Shown piece after piece: positions 13,601-24,756 of a stretch of DNA of 64,000 nt. Origin of the DNA: Phyllobates terribilis (lineage: Eukaryota); assembly GCF_046119375.1 (NCBI RefSeq), contig NW_027362767.1, positions 51,460,001-51,524,000 of the forward strand, written 5' to 3'. Under the pieces are notes generated by a model. The model ran no database searches, was not told the origin of the DNA, and saw nothing but the letters and a program-made list of their open reading frames with translations. A program made the translations under genes and the position numbers. Positions within the stretch are counted from its first letter, which is position 1, and each line of letters opens with the position of its first letter.

Positions 13601-16600
13601 ATGACCCAAAAGGATAAAGTAACGGCTGCACTTGCTAAAGCGTCGTGGACACAGTAAGGTTTGTTGCAAACTGTCAGGCACATATGCTCAAGAGTATAGT
13701 CCGACAGTGGCCACAGTCCGCCCAACATAGAGAGCAAGTGTAAAAAAAATAAATAAAATTATATAATAATATATTATCACTACATTTTTTCTGCAAAGAC
13801 CACCTACATATGAAAGCATAGTCTGCTGCATTTCCCTATACAGTTACACAGCGCAAAAAGAGCACACGTGAATTGGGGCCAGGCGGGAAAACTGCCGATG
13901 TACACTGTCAATTAATGCACAAACGCAATGTGCACTTAGCCTTACATCCATAGTCAGCAAGTGCCACGGGTCAGACGCCCCTAGACCCCACACTGACAGA
14001 CTATCCTAATAACCCATCATCAATGTAATACCCCTTTACACCAGGGCTGTGGAGTCAGAGTCGGTGTCCATTTTGGTGGAGTCGGAATAAAATGGACCGA
14101 CTCCAACTCCTAAAATATATAATAAATTGGGTACAGTAGTTCAATGCAGTTTGTAGTGAATATTTTTTTTTATAAGAATTTGGGAAAGTTATGAAATGTC
14201 CTATAAATGTCTGTCCTATTCCTGATCTAAGGGTCTAGAACAGGGGTCCTCAAACTTTTTAAACAGGGGGCCAGTTCACTGTCTCTGACCATTGGAGGGC
14301 CGGAATATAGTTTTTTTTAAAAAAAAAACTATGAACAAATTCCTATGCACACTGCACATACAGTGCCTACAAGTAGTATTCAACCCCCTGCAGATTTAGC
14401 TGGTTTGATAAGATGTAAATAAGTTAGAGCCTTCAAACTGCATTCGAGAGTAGGTTTTATGAACAGAAGCATAAATCTTACAAACCAAAAAGTTATGTTG
14501 CTCAGTTGAATTTTATTAAATTTTAAACATAAAAGTGTTGGTCAATTATTATATAACCCCTATGTTTAATATTTTGTGGAATAACCCTTGTTTGCAATTG
14601 CAGCTAATAATCGTCTTTTATAAGACCTGATCAGGCCGGCACAGGTCTGTGGAGTTATCTTGGCCCACTCCTCCATGCAGATCTTCTCCAAGTTATCTAG
14701 GTTCTTTGGGTGTCTCATGTGGACTTTATTCTTGAGCTCCTTCCACAAGTTTTCAATTGGGTTAAGGTCAGGAGACTGACTAGGCCACTCCAACACCTTG
14801 ACTTTTTCCCTCTTGAACCAGGCCTTGGTTTTCTTGGCTGTGTGCTTTGGGTCGTTGTCTTGTTGGAAGATGAAATTATGACCCATCTTAAGATCCTTGA
14901 TGGAGGAGCGGAGGTTCTTGGCCAAAATCTCCAGGTAGGCCGTGCTTTCCATCTTCCCATGGATGCGGACCAGATGGCCAGGCCCCTTGGGTGAGAAACA
15001 GCCCCACAGCATGATGCTGCCAACACCATGCTTGACTGTAGGGATGGTATTCTTGGGGTGGTATGCAGTGCCATCCAGTCTCCAAAAGTCACTTGTGTGG
15101 TTGGCACCAAAGATCTCGATCTTGGTCTCATCAGACCATAGAACCTTGAACCAGTCTGTCTCAGAGTCCTCCAAGTGATCATGAGCAAACTGTAGACGAG
15201 CCTTGACATGACGCTTTGAAAGTAAAAGGTACCATACAGGCTCGTCTGGAACGGAGACCATTGCGGTGGAGTACGTTACTTATGGTATTGACTGAAACCA
15301 ATGTCCCCACTGCCATGAGATCTTCCCGGAGCTCCTTCCTTGTTGTCCTTGGGTTAGCCTTGACTCTTCAGACAAGCCTGGCCTCGGCACGGGAGGACAC
15401 TTTCAAAGGCTGTCCAGGCCGTGGAAGGCTAACAGTAGTTCCATAAGCCTTCCACTTACGGATGATGCTCCCAACAGTGGAGACAGGTAGGCCCAACTCC
15501 TTGGAAAGGGTTTTGTACCCCTTGCCAGCCTTGTGACCCTCCACGATCTTGTCTCTGATGGCCTTGGAATCCTCCTTTGTCTTTCCCATGTTGACCATGT
15601 CTGAGTGCTGTTCACAAGTTTGGGGAGGGTCTTAAATAGTCAGAAAAGGCTGGCAAAAGAGATCTTTAATCCACACATGTGAAGCTCATTATTCTTGGTG
15701 CCTGAACTACTTCTTAATACTTTAGGGGGACCAAACAGAATTCTTGTGGTTTGAGGGGTTGAATAATAAATGACACTCTGAATTAACTTTTTACGTTTTT
15801 AAAAAAAAAATAATAATTTGCTGCAGTGCATTTCCCACTTCCAGGCTGATCTACAGTACAAATGTCACAATGCCAAGTTAATTCCGCATGTGTCAACCAG
15901 CTAAATCTGCAGGGGGTTGAATACTACTTGTAGGCACTGTATCTTATTTTGAAGTGAAAAAAACAATACAGGAACAAATACAATATTTAAAATGAAGAAC
16001 AAGTAAAGTTAAATCAACCGGTATTTCAATAGGCAGCATACAGTCATGGCCAAAAGTTTTGAGAATGACACCAAAATTATATTTTCACATGATCTGCTGG
16101 CCTCTGGTTTTTATTAGTGTTTGTCTGATGTTTATATCACATACAGAAATATAATTGCAATCATATTATGAGTACCAATAGGTTATATTGACAGTTATAA
16201 TGAGTTAATGCAGCAAGTCAATATTTGCAGTGTTGCCCCTTCTTCTTCAAGACCTCTGTAATTCTCCCTGGCATGCTCTCAATCAACTTTTGGACCAAAT
16301 CCTGACTGATAGCAGTCCATTCTTGCATAATCAATGCTTGCATTTTGCCAGAATTTGTTGGTTTTTGTTTGTCCACTCGTCTCTTGATGATTGACCACAA
16401 GTTCTCAATGGGATTAAGATCTGGGGAGTTTCCAGGCCATGGACCCAAAATCTCTATGTTTTGTTCCATGAGCCATTTTGTTATCACCTTTGCTTTATGG
16501 CAAGGTGCTCCATCATGCTGGAAAAGGCATTGTTGGGCGCCAAACTGCTCTTGGACGGTTGGGAGAAGTTGCTCTTGGAGGACATTCTGGTACCATTCTT

Positions 16601-19600
16601 TATTCATGGCTGTGTTTTTAGGCAAGACTGTGAGTGAGCCGATTCCCTTGGCTGAGAAGCAACCCCACACATGAATGGTTTCAGGATGCTTTACAGTTGG
16701 CATGAGACAAGACTGGTGGTAGCGCTCACCTCTTCTTCTCCGAATAAGCTGTTTTCCAGATGTCCCAAACAATCGAAAAGGGGATTCATCAGAGAAAATG
16801 ACTTTGCCCCAGTCCTCAGCAGTCCACTCCCTGTACCTTTTGCAGAATATCAGTCGGTCCCTGATGTTTTTTTCTGGAGAGAAGTGGCTTCTTTGCTGCC
16901 CTCCTTGAAACCAGCCCTTGCTCAAAGAGTCTCCACCTCACAGTGCGTGCAGAAGCACTCACACCAGCCTGCTGCCATTCCTGAGCAAGCTCAGCACTGC
17001 TGGTAGTCCGATCCCGCAGCTGAAACAGTTTTAAGATACGGTCCTGGCGCTTGCTGGTCTTTCTTGGGCGCCCTGGAGCCTTTTTGACAACAATGGAAGC
17101 TCTCTCCTTGAAGTTCTTGATGATGCGATAGATTGTTGACTGAGGTGCAATCTTTGTAGCTGCGATACTCTTCCCTGTTAGGCCATTTTTGTTCAGTGCA
17201 ATGATGGCTGCACGTGTTTCTTTAGAGATAACCATGGTTAACTGAAGAGAAACAATGATACCAAGAACCAGCCTCCTTTTAAAGTGTCCAGTGATGTCAT
17301 TCTTACTTAATCATGACTGATTGATCGCCAGCCCTGTCCTCATCAACACCCACACCTGTGTTAATGGATCAATCGCTAAAACGATGTTAGCTGCTCCTTT
17401 TAAGGCAGGACTGCAATGATGTTGAAATGTACTTTGGGGGTTAAAGTTCATTTTCTGGGCAAATATTGACTTTGCAAGTACAGTAATTGCTGTTAAGCTG
17501 ATCACTCTTTGACATTCAGGAGTATATGCAAATTGCCATTACAAAAAATGAAGCAGTAAACTTTGGAAAAATTACTATTTGTCTCATTCTCAATACTTTT
17601 GTCCATGACTGTAGGTCCCCAATATTCAGGTAAATGTCCCCAATAGGCAGCATAGGTCCCCAATAGGCAGCATAGGTCCTCAATGGGCAGGTAAATGTCC
17701 CCAATAGGCAGAATAGGTCCTCAATAGGCAGGCTGTTCCCCCCTTATAATGCCCCATGCAGGATGTCCCTTTCTCCAACCATATAATGCCCCATGCAAGA
17801 TATCACTCCCCTGTCTTTATAATGCCCCATGCAGGATGTCACCCCCCCCCCATATAATGCCCCATGCAGGATGTCACCCCCCCCCATATAATGCCCCATG
17901 CTGGATGTCACCCCCCCCTATATAATGCCCCATGCAGCATGTCACCCCCCCCCAAATAATGCCCATGCCCCATTCAGGCTATCACTCCCCTGTTGTTATA
18001 ATGCCCCATGCAGGATGTCACCCCCTCCCCCCATATAATGCCCCATGCAGGATATCACTCCCCTGTCTTTATAATACCCCATTCAGGATGTCACCCCCCC
18101 ATATAATGCCCCTTGCTGGATGTCACCCCCCCATATAATGCCCCATGCTGGATGTCACCCCTCATAACGCCCGATGCACCATGTCACCCCCCATATTATG
18201 CCCCATGCAGGATATCACTCCCCTGTCGTTATAATGCACAATGCAGGATATCACCCCCCTCTCTTTATAATGCCCCATGCAGCATGTCACTCCCCCACAT
18301 AATGCCCCATGCAGGATGTCACCTCCCTCATATTATGCCCCATGCAGGATGTCACCCCCATATAATGCCCCATGCAAGATGTCCCTTTCTCCCACCATAT
18401 AATGCACCATGCAGGATATCACCCCCTCTCACCTGCTGCAGCTGCTCGGGTCCGGACTCCAGCGTCTTCCCGCTCGGCGCTGCCTGTGACGGCTCAGGGG
18501 AGGGTGCGGTGTAAAGCCGTCACCGCACCCTCTGACCTGAGACGTCACAGGGAGCGCACAGCAGGAAGACAGCGGATCTGCGGAGGCACGGGGAGAGGGA
18601 AGTATCCGGCTGCCAGGGCCCTGAGCAAGCGGGAGGGAGCGGGCGCTGACACCGCTCTCCTCCGCCCACAGCCCGGCGGGCCGCATAAAAATCCTCCACG
18701 GGCCAGATGTGGCCCGCGGGCCGTAGTTTAAGGACCCCTGGTCTAGACTTTTAGCTGAGAATCTGTGCTACAGTAAATTTATCACTTAAACATGAGCCAT
18801 GTATGAGGGAGTCGGAGGTGTGGAGTCAGTGTCATGGAAATTGAGGAGTCGGAGGTTGGGCTTACCGACTCCATGGTCCTGCTTTACACTATAATGACTT
18901 TAGGATAATACTGGATCCGATGGGTGCGCAGTTATCCGGGAACATAATTACACTAATCCACACGGATCACTGAAGCCAATATTCACCTGATGACTGCTCT
19001 GTTGCTGAGCACAAAACTAATTTGAGACTTTTTATACCCTCCAATAAAGAACCTTTATTCTGCAGCGTTCCCTGGATCCTGCATCACCCTAAAGTCGTTA
19101 CACTATCAAGATAATCAATTAACTTGGTCAGGACAGAAGTGCAGCAGTTATCCCAGAGAGCGACACCACCGGGAACTCTGAACTACACCCATAGTCCTTC
19201 CAACATTTCCCCATCATTAGTAGATGAACCATAACAGAGATAGATGTGCTCGTGTGTGGACCCCTCTCCCCATCATAAGCCAAATCCAGAAACAGTAGTG
19301 AATACTGATACACCTACTCCAAAAGAGGTTTCATCAAACTCAAATGTCCCGATTGGGTCGTCTTCATAATAACCGTATCCGCCAAAGTAGATAAGCCTGG
19401 AAGAAAGATAAGAGCCATGACAGCGTCTGCACAGACAGCGGCACTGGGCGAAGGTAACGCTGCAGTCACTCGTCCTTGTGACGTCCATTCATTTCTCACA
19501 CAGCACAAGGACCCACAGAGTTTCACTAAAAATGGATTTGTCTCCGGTCCATGAGGCTCAGAGCAGGTCCTATCCTCATCTGTTTTCTGGATCAGACCCG

Positions 19601-22600
19601 GCCATTAAAGTCTATGGGGATCGAAGTAAAACAGAAGACAGGCTGTGTACTACAGTTTTCCATCAGTTTTTTAACGGATCCATTGGAAAGAGTCAATGGA
19701 TAAAAAAAGCCTCAGACAGTTTATACCTGCTGCAGTGAATAAAACAGAGGAGGAACAAATGGATGCAACTAGGAAGACTCCAGAGGGGCAAAAAGACAAA
19801 AACAAAATTGTCCATTCCTCTAGGATGTGACACTCACATGTGTGAATGCAAGCGAAGACAGAAAAAAAAACACCCAAAACTTCTAGTTAAACGTCTTGTA
19901 TGGAGAAGGTAAAACTATGTGAAAAATAAGAGAAAAGAAGAAGTCGCATCCAAAATGAAATAATGACATTTAAAGCAATGCTGACACTCACTTGTACTGA
20001 TGTGCCCACACCCCCAGTTTATCCTTGGGAGATGGCGGAGGTCCTTTACACTCTATCATTTCCCAGAAAAGATCACCGTCTCTAGAGTTCAGGTTTAACA
20101 TGAAAAGCTGGAAAGAAACAGATAATAACAAAAATAATCCATATATAATCAAGTTAACTGTCCCACAATGCTCCAGGTTAAAGACTCACCATGTTTGTGT
20201 TCCCATGGGCATGGTGACCTCCGAACAGGTACAGCACGCCTTCCACGCAGGTGGCACAGCTGCCGGACATGGATGGGGGGATGCTTCCCTTGGTTTTCTT
20301 TCTTTGCCTGTAATATCATGGCACATTATAGAAGAACCACAGATAATATAAATTTAATTAAGGTAAAAAAAATGGAGAAATTAAGTACAACACTGGCTTG
20401 TTTTTGCACCATGAGTTGTAGTTTTGAATTACACCATTAAATTTTACCATAATCTACTGAAAGGAGAGGGTGGGGAAATTGAAGTGCGGTAAAATAGTGA
20501 AAAAAAACACATTCTGTCATTGATTGTTATAGGAGTTTGTGATTAAGGTATTCAATGTGCGGGAATAGGATCCTCCAGTTTATATATAATATGTTTTTTA
20601 TTAACATTTCACTTGAGCCTGAATCTGTATTGTATGCTGAATATAGTGAAAATCGTGGTCTTCTATCATGGCTGCTATGGTAATCCATCAGCACAACAAC
20701 TCCTTGCTGGGGAGCTGATGGGTCCCTGAGCTGACGCCAAAGCAGGACTTAGATGTCACTTAATCGCTGCTGCCAGTGGCATGTAAATGGTTAAACAGCA
20801 GCGATAGGAGCAAGATGTACAACACCCACCCTCGGCTCCTGAGCCCGCTCCATACGCCCAACCCCACTCCATGACATAATAGTACATTATGGAGCGTTAA
20901 GGTGTTAAAGGGGTTGTTAATCTGCAGCTGACACCTGCCTACAAACACCCCAAAAATAGATTTTTTTTTTTCATTATATAGGAAATTAAATGGCGTCATT
21001 AAAAACTACACAACAAAACAAGGCCTCCTGTGGCCTCACCTGTCGCTTTTGGAAGACTGAGAGCAAAAAAAATCTCACAAAATAAAGTTAAAAAATGAGA
21101 ACTGGAAAATGTTTCGAAACAACAATGAATCGAAATGGAAATCTAGTGTCAAATATCATTACACGGGGTCCTAGAAATACCCACCTTAACTCCTAGGGAC
21201 CAGGAGCCGCAGGAAAGAAGGTAACAAAGGTAGGGGCACCTCTATTCTACTGTGCCCCCAGCTCAAGTAAGGTGGCAGCAGGTCTATATGTGGCCATATA
21301 CATGCATGTTCTCAATGGGGAGAGGGGAGTAAGCCAACGTCAGACCTGCGTCCTATAGCCCCGTGGAAAATAAGATACCAAGCCCAATGCTTCAACATCC
21401 TCAACCACTGCTGTCCACCGACATCTGTCTTTTTACGGGTTTTCTAGTGTGGGTCATTTTTTCGCAGGAGGTAACTGGTGCCGACACCGTTACACAAGTC
21501 TCTGCAGCTTTGTTAGGTCGTATGATCATCAGGTATCGTGCACAGATCTATGTGGGGGTCTTAATGGCATTGGCTCCACTCGCCATCAATGTGAAGGTGA
21601 TCTGTACTAGACGACTCCCATAACGAGAGTCAGAACACACCTCACAGTCATCAGAACCAAAGACCGGGATAAAGTCCAACCGGGCAGACGGCCTCACTCC
21701 GCCCTCTACACCAATATACCTAAATATTTCTGGCAGCTAAAGGGTTGATTAAGATTTAAGATCACTATGCTTAGGAATAGTCACTAAAAACAGATTAGTT
21801 GGGGTCTGATACCTGGCAGCCCAGTGATCGGCTGGTAGCCGGATTACAGATTATAGCTGAACTCCGGTAACTCAGCTCCCATTACAGTTAATGGCAGCTG
21901 GGCTGCAGTACCAGAGAACGGCCACAACAGTGTATGGAGCGGAGCTTTCTGGCTTCCTACACTATATGTATACGACGGCTTTAGCAGCCCAGCTTACGAG
22001 TCGTGGCACAGATAGAAATCAAGTCACGAAAAAAACATTTAAGAGACTACAACTGGCAATACCAATTTATTTCACAGTTCTGATTTACACTCACCAGGTT
22101 ACTCCATTTACCATGTCGTAAATCCAGATCTCATCCCGCGGCAAGTAGAAATCATAAAATCCTCGAACAGGAGCATTCTGCAAAATAAAGAAATAAATGT
22201 GAATTCATTCATTATGGATACAGAATCAATGCCTACATTCTTTGCAGAATCCTGGGTGTGTGAATCAGGTCTTAACCTGTCAGCACACCGGCAGGTGACA
22301 CGGGGCCGAGACCGGAGGACCGCCGCCGATCCGGGAGCCGAGTGTAGAGTGTATTCATTTACACACGGGGTTTATTAAGGAGAATATGAAACCCTTTTAA
22401 CCCTTATATGCTGCTGTAAAATATGAAGCAGGACCTCAGGTCATGTAATTATGGCAGACCACCATGGGACCCTTGTGAGGTCCTCAGCTGTCATTGTAAA
22501 GGATTGCAACCAACGTCTGGGCATCCAGATTGTACAGCGCCCCGCAATGCAAACTTCTACTAAAGTGCTGCCATAGAAGGCAATACTAGAGAGGGATATC

Positions 22601-24342
22601 CGGATAATTCTCCTGGTGAAGAAGAAGGCGGCACTTTAGAATAAATCCCCTTAATGGCGGGCGTAAAAGCATGTACAGGCGGTCGTTAAGGGGTCAATTT
22701 AGTATGTGTGTTTTTGTAAAGGTGCCTAAATTAGTAGATCCCAGACCTGTAAACCGTGACGGACTGGGGTGCCAAGGGCCACAAGCAACCGACTCCACTT
22801 ATCAGCTACATGCAAATGAGACTTTATCCTCAATCACAAATGTGTATAACAATGATCTGGGTAGATTGTTACATGAATAAGATGCCGTCTTTATCTGTAC
22901 ATAGTGATTCAGTATACAGTGCCAAGTACTGCTCTTATAAGAGGGTGGTGGCCCACCGGAGGATTCTCCTGTTCTCCTGTCGGGCAGTCCAGGCCTGACT
23001 GTAAACCAAAACAGACGGTTTGGCCCAGAGTCTGAAGTGTTTATTTGGAATAAAAGAAAGGAAGTCAAAGCCCCAATATACAAAAGGGATGGTGTCTCAC
23101 TAGGGTATGTCATCACTTTATGACATTTGGGCTCCAGGGGTTGGTTCCTGTGAATAAGAATTTGCAGTACTGATCTAGTGCGGCATCCACCTTCACGGCC
23201 TTTCCCTGAGGAGCAGCAGGAGGGGCCGTGTGTAGTGAAGAGAATAGTGACGGGGTTGGGCTCATCTTCATAAATGGCTATTGTCGGATAGAGCTTATAC
23301 ATACAAGCAATCAGGCAATTTACTGCTTGTTAAAATTGTCAGCCGTTCTGTAGATAAACACTTTTCTTTTGTTAACAGTTTCTGGCCTTGGGAGACCGAC
23401 CACCGCTGCTAGACAGCAGGACAAGCGCAGCGCTTCCAGGCCCTTTTCTGTTCAGCTTGTAAGCACTATTGTGAAGCTGTTGGAGCGCGCTGTTACCACC
23501 TAATCCTGGCCAGCTTCCAGGCACAGCTTACAACCAAACAGCAGTGGTGGTCGGTCTCCTAGGCAACAAGCTATAAACAACAGACTTCAATATCTCAAGA
23601 ACGGCTGCAAATGTAAATAAGCTGTAAATTGCAAAAGTGCTTGTACAAACTCTGACTAGATTATTCTGTGGAGATGGAAAATCCCTTTAAGTAAGTCTCC
23701 TAAAATTCGATCAGGGGTATTAGGAGAAAGTAGGAGCGGGAAAAGGAATAACAGGCCATTTCTTTTTTTCTTGTAAACCTTTCCTGGCTGCCATTTTGAA
23801 TCCCCCCAAAAAATCGTCCTTGTCAATTAGAATGGAGTCAGTCATTTCCGGCGTGAGCACAAGGCTCATACAGGAACCATACATTTATTGTCATTAATAA
23901 GTCAGTTGGAGATAACCTGAGATGCCGCAGCTGGCGACCCGAGCTGAGCTCAAGCACCAGCACCAGCACCAGCACCGCCCAGTGCTGGGGAACTCCTGGG
24001 AAGTGAACAGGACAGGCCTCCTTTGTATAAAAAGCAGTAGCCCCTGGCAACCAATCAGCTCTCTTCTTTCATTTTTCAACTTGCCTTCAAAAAATGAGAG
24101 CAGGAATCTGATTGGTCGCTCTGGACAACAGCCCAGCTTTTGCCAGCTGTCACCTTGTATCCTCCCCACACAAACATTCGGATTCCGTCGGTGACAGCCA
24201 CGTGCCCGCTCCGCTCTGCCGGCAAACTGTTATCCACGCCGGCTCCCGCCTCCTCCATCTCCTCATCCTCGTCTTCTTCATCATCCTCGTCGATCTCTTC
24301 TTCCACTAGTTCAACAGGGGCATCTTCATTGCCGTCCGCCAT
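4690..24342 (-). CDS. KLHDC2: Kelch domain-containing protein 2 (CRL2 C-degron substrate receptor), complete, 13 exons, 418 aa
   Basis: Exons (minus strand) 24154-24342, 22095-22177, 20190-20307, 19992-20107, 19318-19396, 13206-13289, 13021-13101, 12873-12931, 12102-12211, 8806-8878, 5977-6064, 5406-5458, 4690-4813; total 1257 nt, open, all GT-AG. Starts MADGNED, has kelch GG-containing repeats (PAERSGH...[38 protein letters not shown]...[23 protein letters not shown]...FGGCANNLL) and ends [12 protein letters not shown]. Confidence 0.97.
9015..9062 (-). ncRNA. Candidate minimal type I hammerhead ribozyme (variant core), copy 1
   Basis: Minus strand reads GCGATGTTT-TTGAAAA-A-GGCCT(ATCC)AGGTC-GAAAC-GTC-ATGTATCGC. 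Stem I is GCGAT/ATCGC, stem II is 5 bp, stem III is the palindrome AC/GT (dimer type) and the cleavage triplet is GUC. The core deviates from CUGANGA (UUGAAAA). Confidence 0.4.
10460..11316. mobile_element. PIF/Harbinger-type MITE (857 bp) inserted in the right arm of the Penelope-like element
   Basis: TIRs GGGTATCTGCACACGATGC / GCATCGTGTGAACTCAGCC. 3-bp TSD TTA (10457-10459 and 11317-11319). The empty site is preserved in the left arm (9057-9072). Confidence 0.85.
11320..11367 (+). ncRNA. Candidate minimal type I hammerhead ribozyme (variant core), copy 2
   Basis: Identical 48-nt motif to the 9015-9062 copy, on the plus strand. Confidence 0.4.
12315..12490. repeat. 34-bp tandem repeat, about 5 copies, KLHDC2 intron 8
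   Basis: Unit TGCGGACGCAGGCGGTTGTAGGTGGCTAGGCGCG repeated head to tail. Confidence 0.95.
14361..15939 (-). mobile_element. Tc1/mariner DNA transposon, full length (1579 bp), copy 1
   Basis: About 40-bp perfect TIR CAGTGCCTACAAGTAGTATTCAACCCCCTGCAGATTTAGC at both ends, TA TSD (14359-60, 15940-41) and an internal transposase. Confidence 0.96.
14566..15589 (-). pseudogene. Tc1 DD34E transposase, disrupted
   Basis: MGKTKE...paired-like HTH N-terminus; catalytic [15 protein letters not shown] and [11 protein letters not shown] motifs. In-frame TGA at 15368-15370 and a frameshift near 15225. Confidence 0.93.
16041..17611 (-). mobile_element. Tc1/mariner DNA transposon, full length (1571 bp), copy 2 (different family)
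   Basis: TIR CAGTCATGGCCAAAAGTTTTGAGAATGA with a slightly diverged right copy (ends 17611). TA TSD (16039-40, 17612-13). It interrupts an AGGCAGCATAGGTCCCC motif that recurs intact at 17645 onward. Confidence 0.95.
16218..17235 (-). pseudogene. Tc1 DD34E transposase with a single +1 frameshift in an A7 run
   Basis: ORFs 16816-17235 ([14 protein letters not shown]...GRPRKTS...[10 protein letters not shown]) and 16218-16925 (NIRDRL...FSDESPF...FQHDGAPCH...[11 protein letters not shown]) join if one base of the T7 run at 16867-16873 is removed, giving 338 aa. Confidence 0.92.
17730..18430. repeat. Degenerate minisatellite of about 33-36 bp inside MITE B
   Basis: Repeats of ATAATGCCCCATGCAGGATGTCACCCCCCCC with variants. 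Confidence 0.9.
23325..23690. mobile_element. MITE-like foldback element in KLHDC2 intron 1 (same family as 49440-49790)
   Basis: Inverted arms CCTTGGGAGACCGACCACCGCTG / CAGTGGTGGTCGGTCTCCTAGG and outer CAGCCGTTCT / AGAACGGCTG. Confidence 0.6.
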
Positions 24343-24471
24343 CCCCAAAACTCGTCACAGCCTCGAGTCGCGGATGTTATGCGTAGAGGTCGCATGTAAA
24401 TAACAGAACTCAGAGCGCCATCTTTAATAAGGGCAGAGGAGTAAAAAGCCTCTGAGAGCCGAAAGAGGTCC

Positions 24472-24536
24472 AGCGCCCTCTGGCGGCAGCCGCTGTTACC
24501 ACTACGTAAGAGGTCTAGAGCCCTCTGGCGGCAGCT
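24472..24536 (-). promoter_or_regulatory. Two tandem CTCF-like motifs in the KLHDC2 promoter region
   Basis: Direct duplication of G(C/A)GCCCTCTGGCGGCAGC. The reverse complement GCCGCCAGAGGGCGC resembles the CTCF core CCGCNAGGGGGCGC. 130-195 bp upstream of the ATG at 24342. Confidence 0.45.
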
Positions 24537-24756
24537 GCTGTTACTGTTGAACTTTACCAGACGAGGAGACACCAAATATGTTTTTTTTTCTATGTTTTTC
24601 GTTTGTGTTCAGAAGTAAAAGAGGGGTTGAGTTAGTCTGATTGTTCTTAACATTTTTTAAAACATTTTATAACAGATGACTTGTGTCTGTCGTTTCCCTA
24701 GGGGACTTGAACTTGTGATCATTTGTACCATGTCCTAAAATAGTTCAGTATCGTAG

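Larger units (their letters stand above)
14241..18740. mobile_element. hAT-type MITE B nested in MITE A, itself carrying two Tc1 elements and a minisatellite
   Basis: TIRs CAGGGGTCCTCAAAC / GTTTAAGGACCCCTG. 8-bp TSD GTCTAGAA (14233-14240) / GTCTAGAC (18741-18748). Confidence 0.8.
14042..18881. mobile_element. hAT-type MITE A (outer host of the nested stack)
   Basis: TIRs CAGGGCTGTGGAGTC / GACTCCATGGTCCTG. Perfect 8-bp TSD CTTTACAC (14034-14041 and 18882-18889). Native sequence is only 14042-14240 and 18741-18881. Confidence 0.8.
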
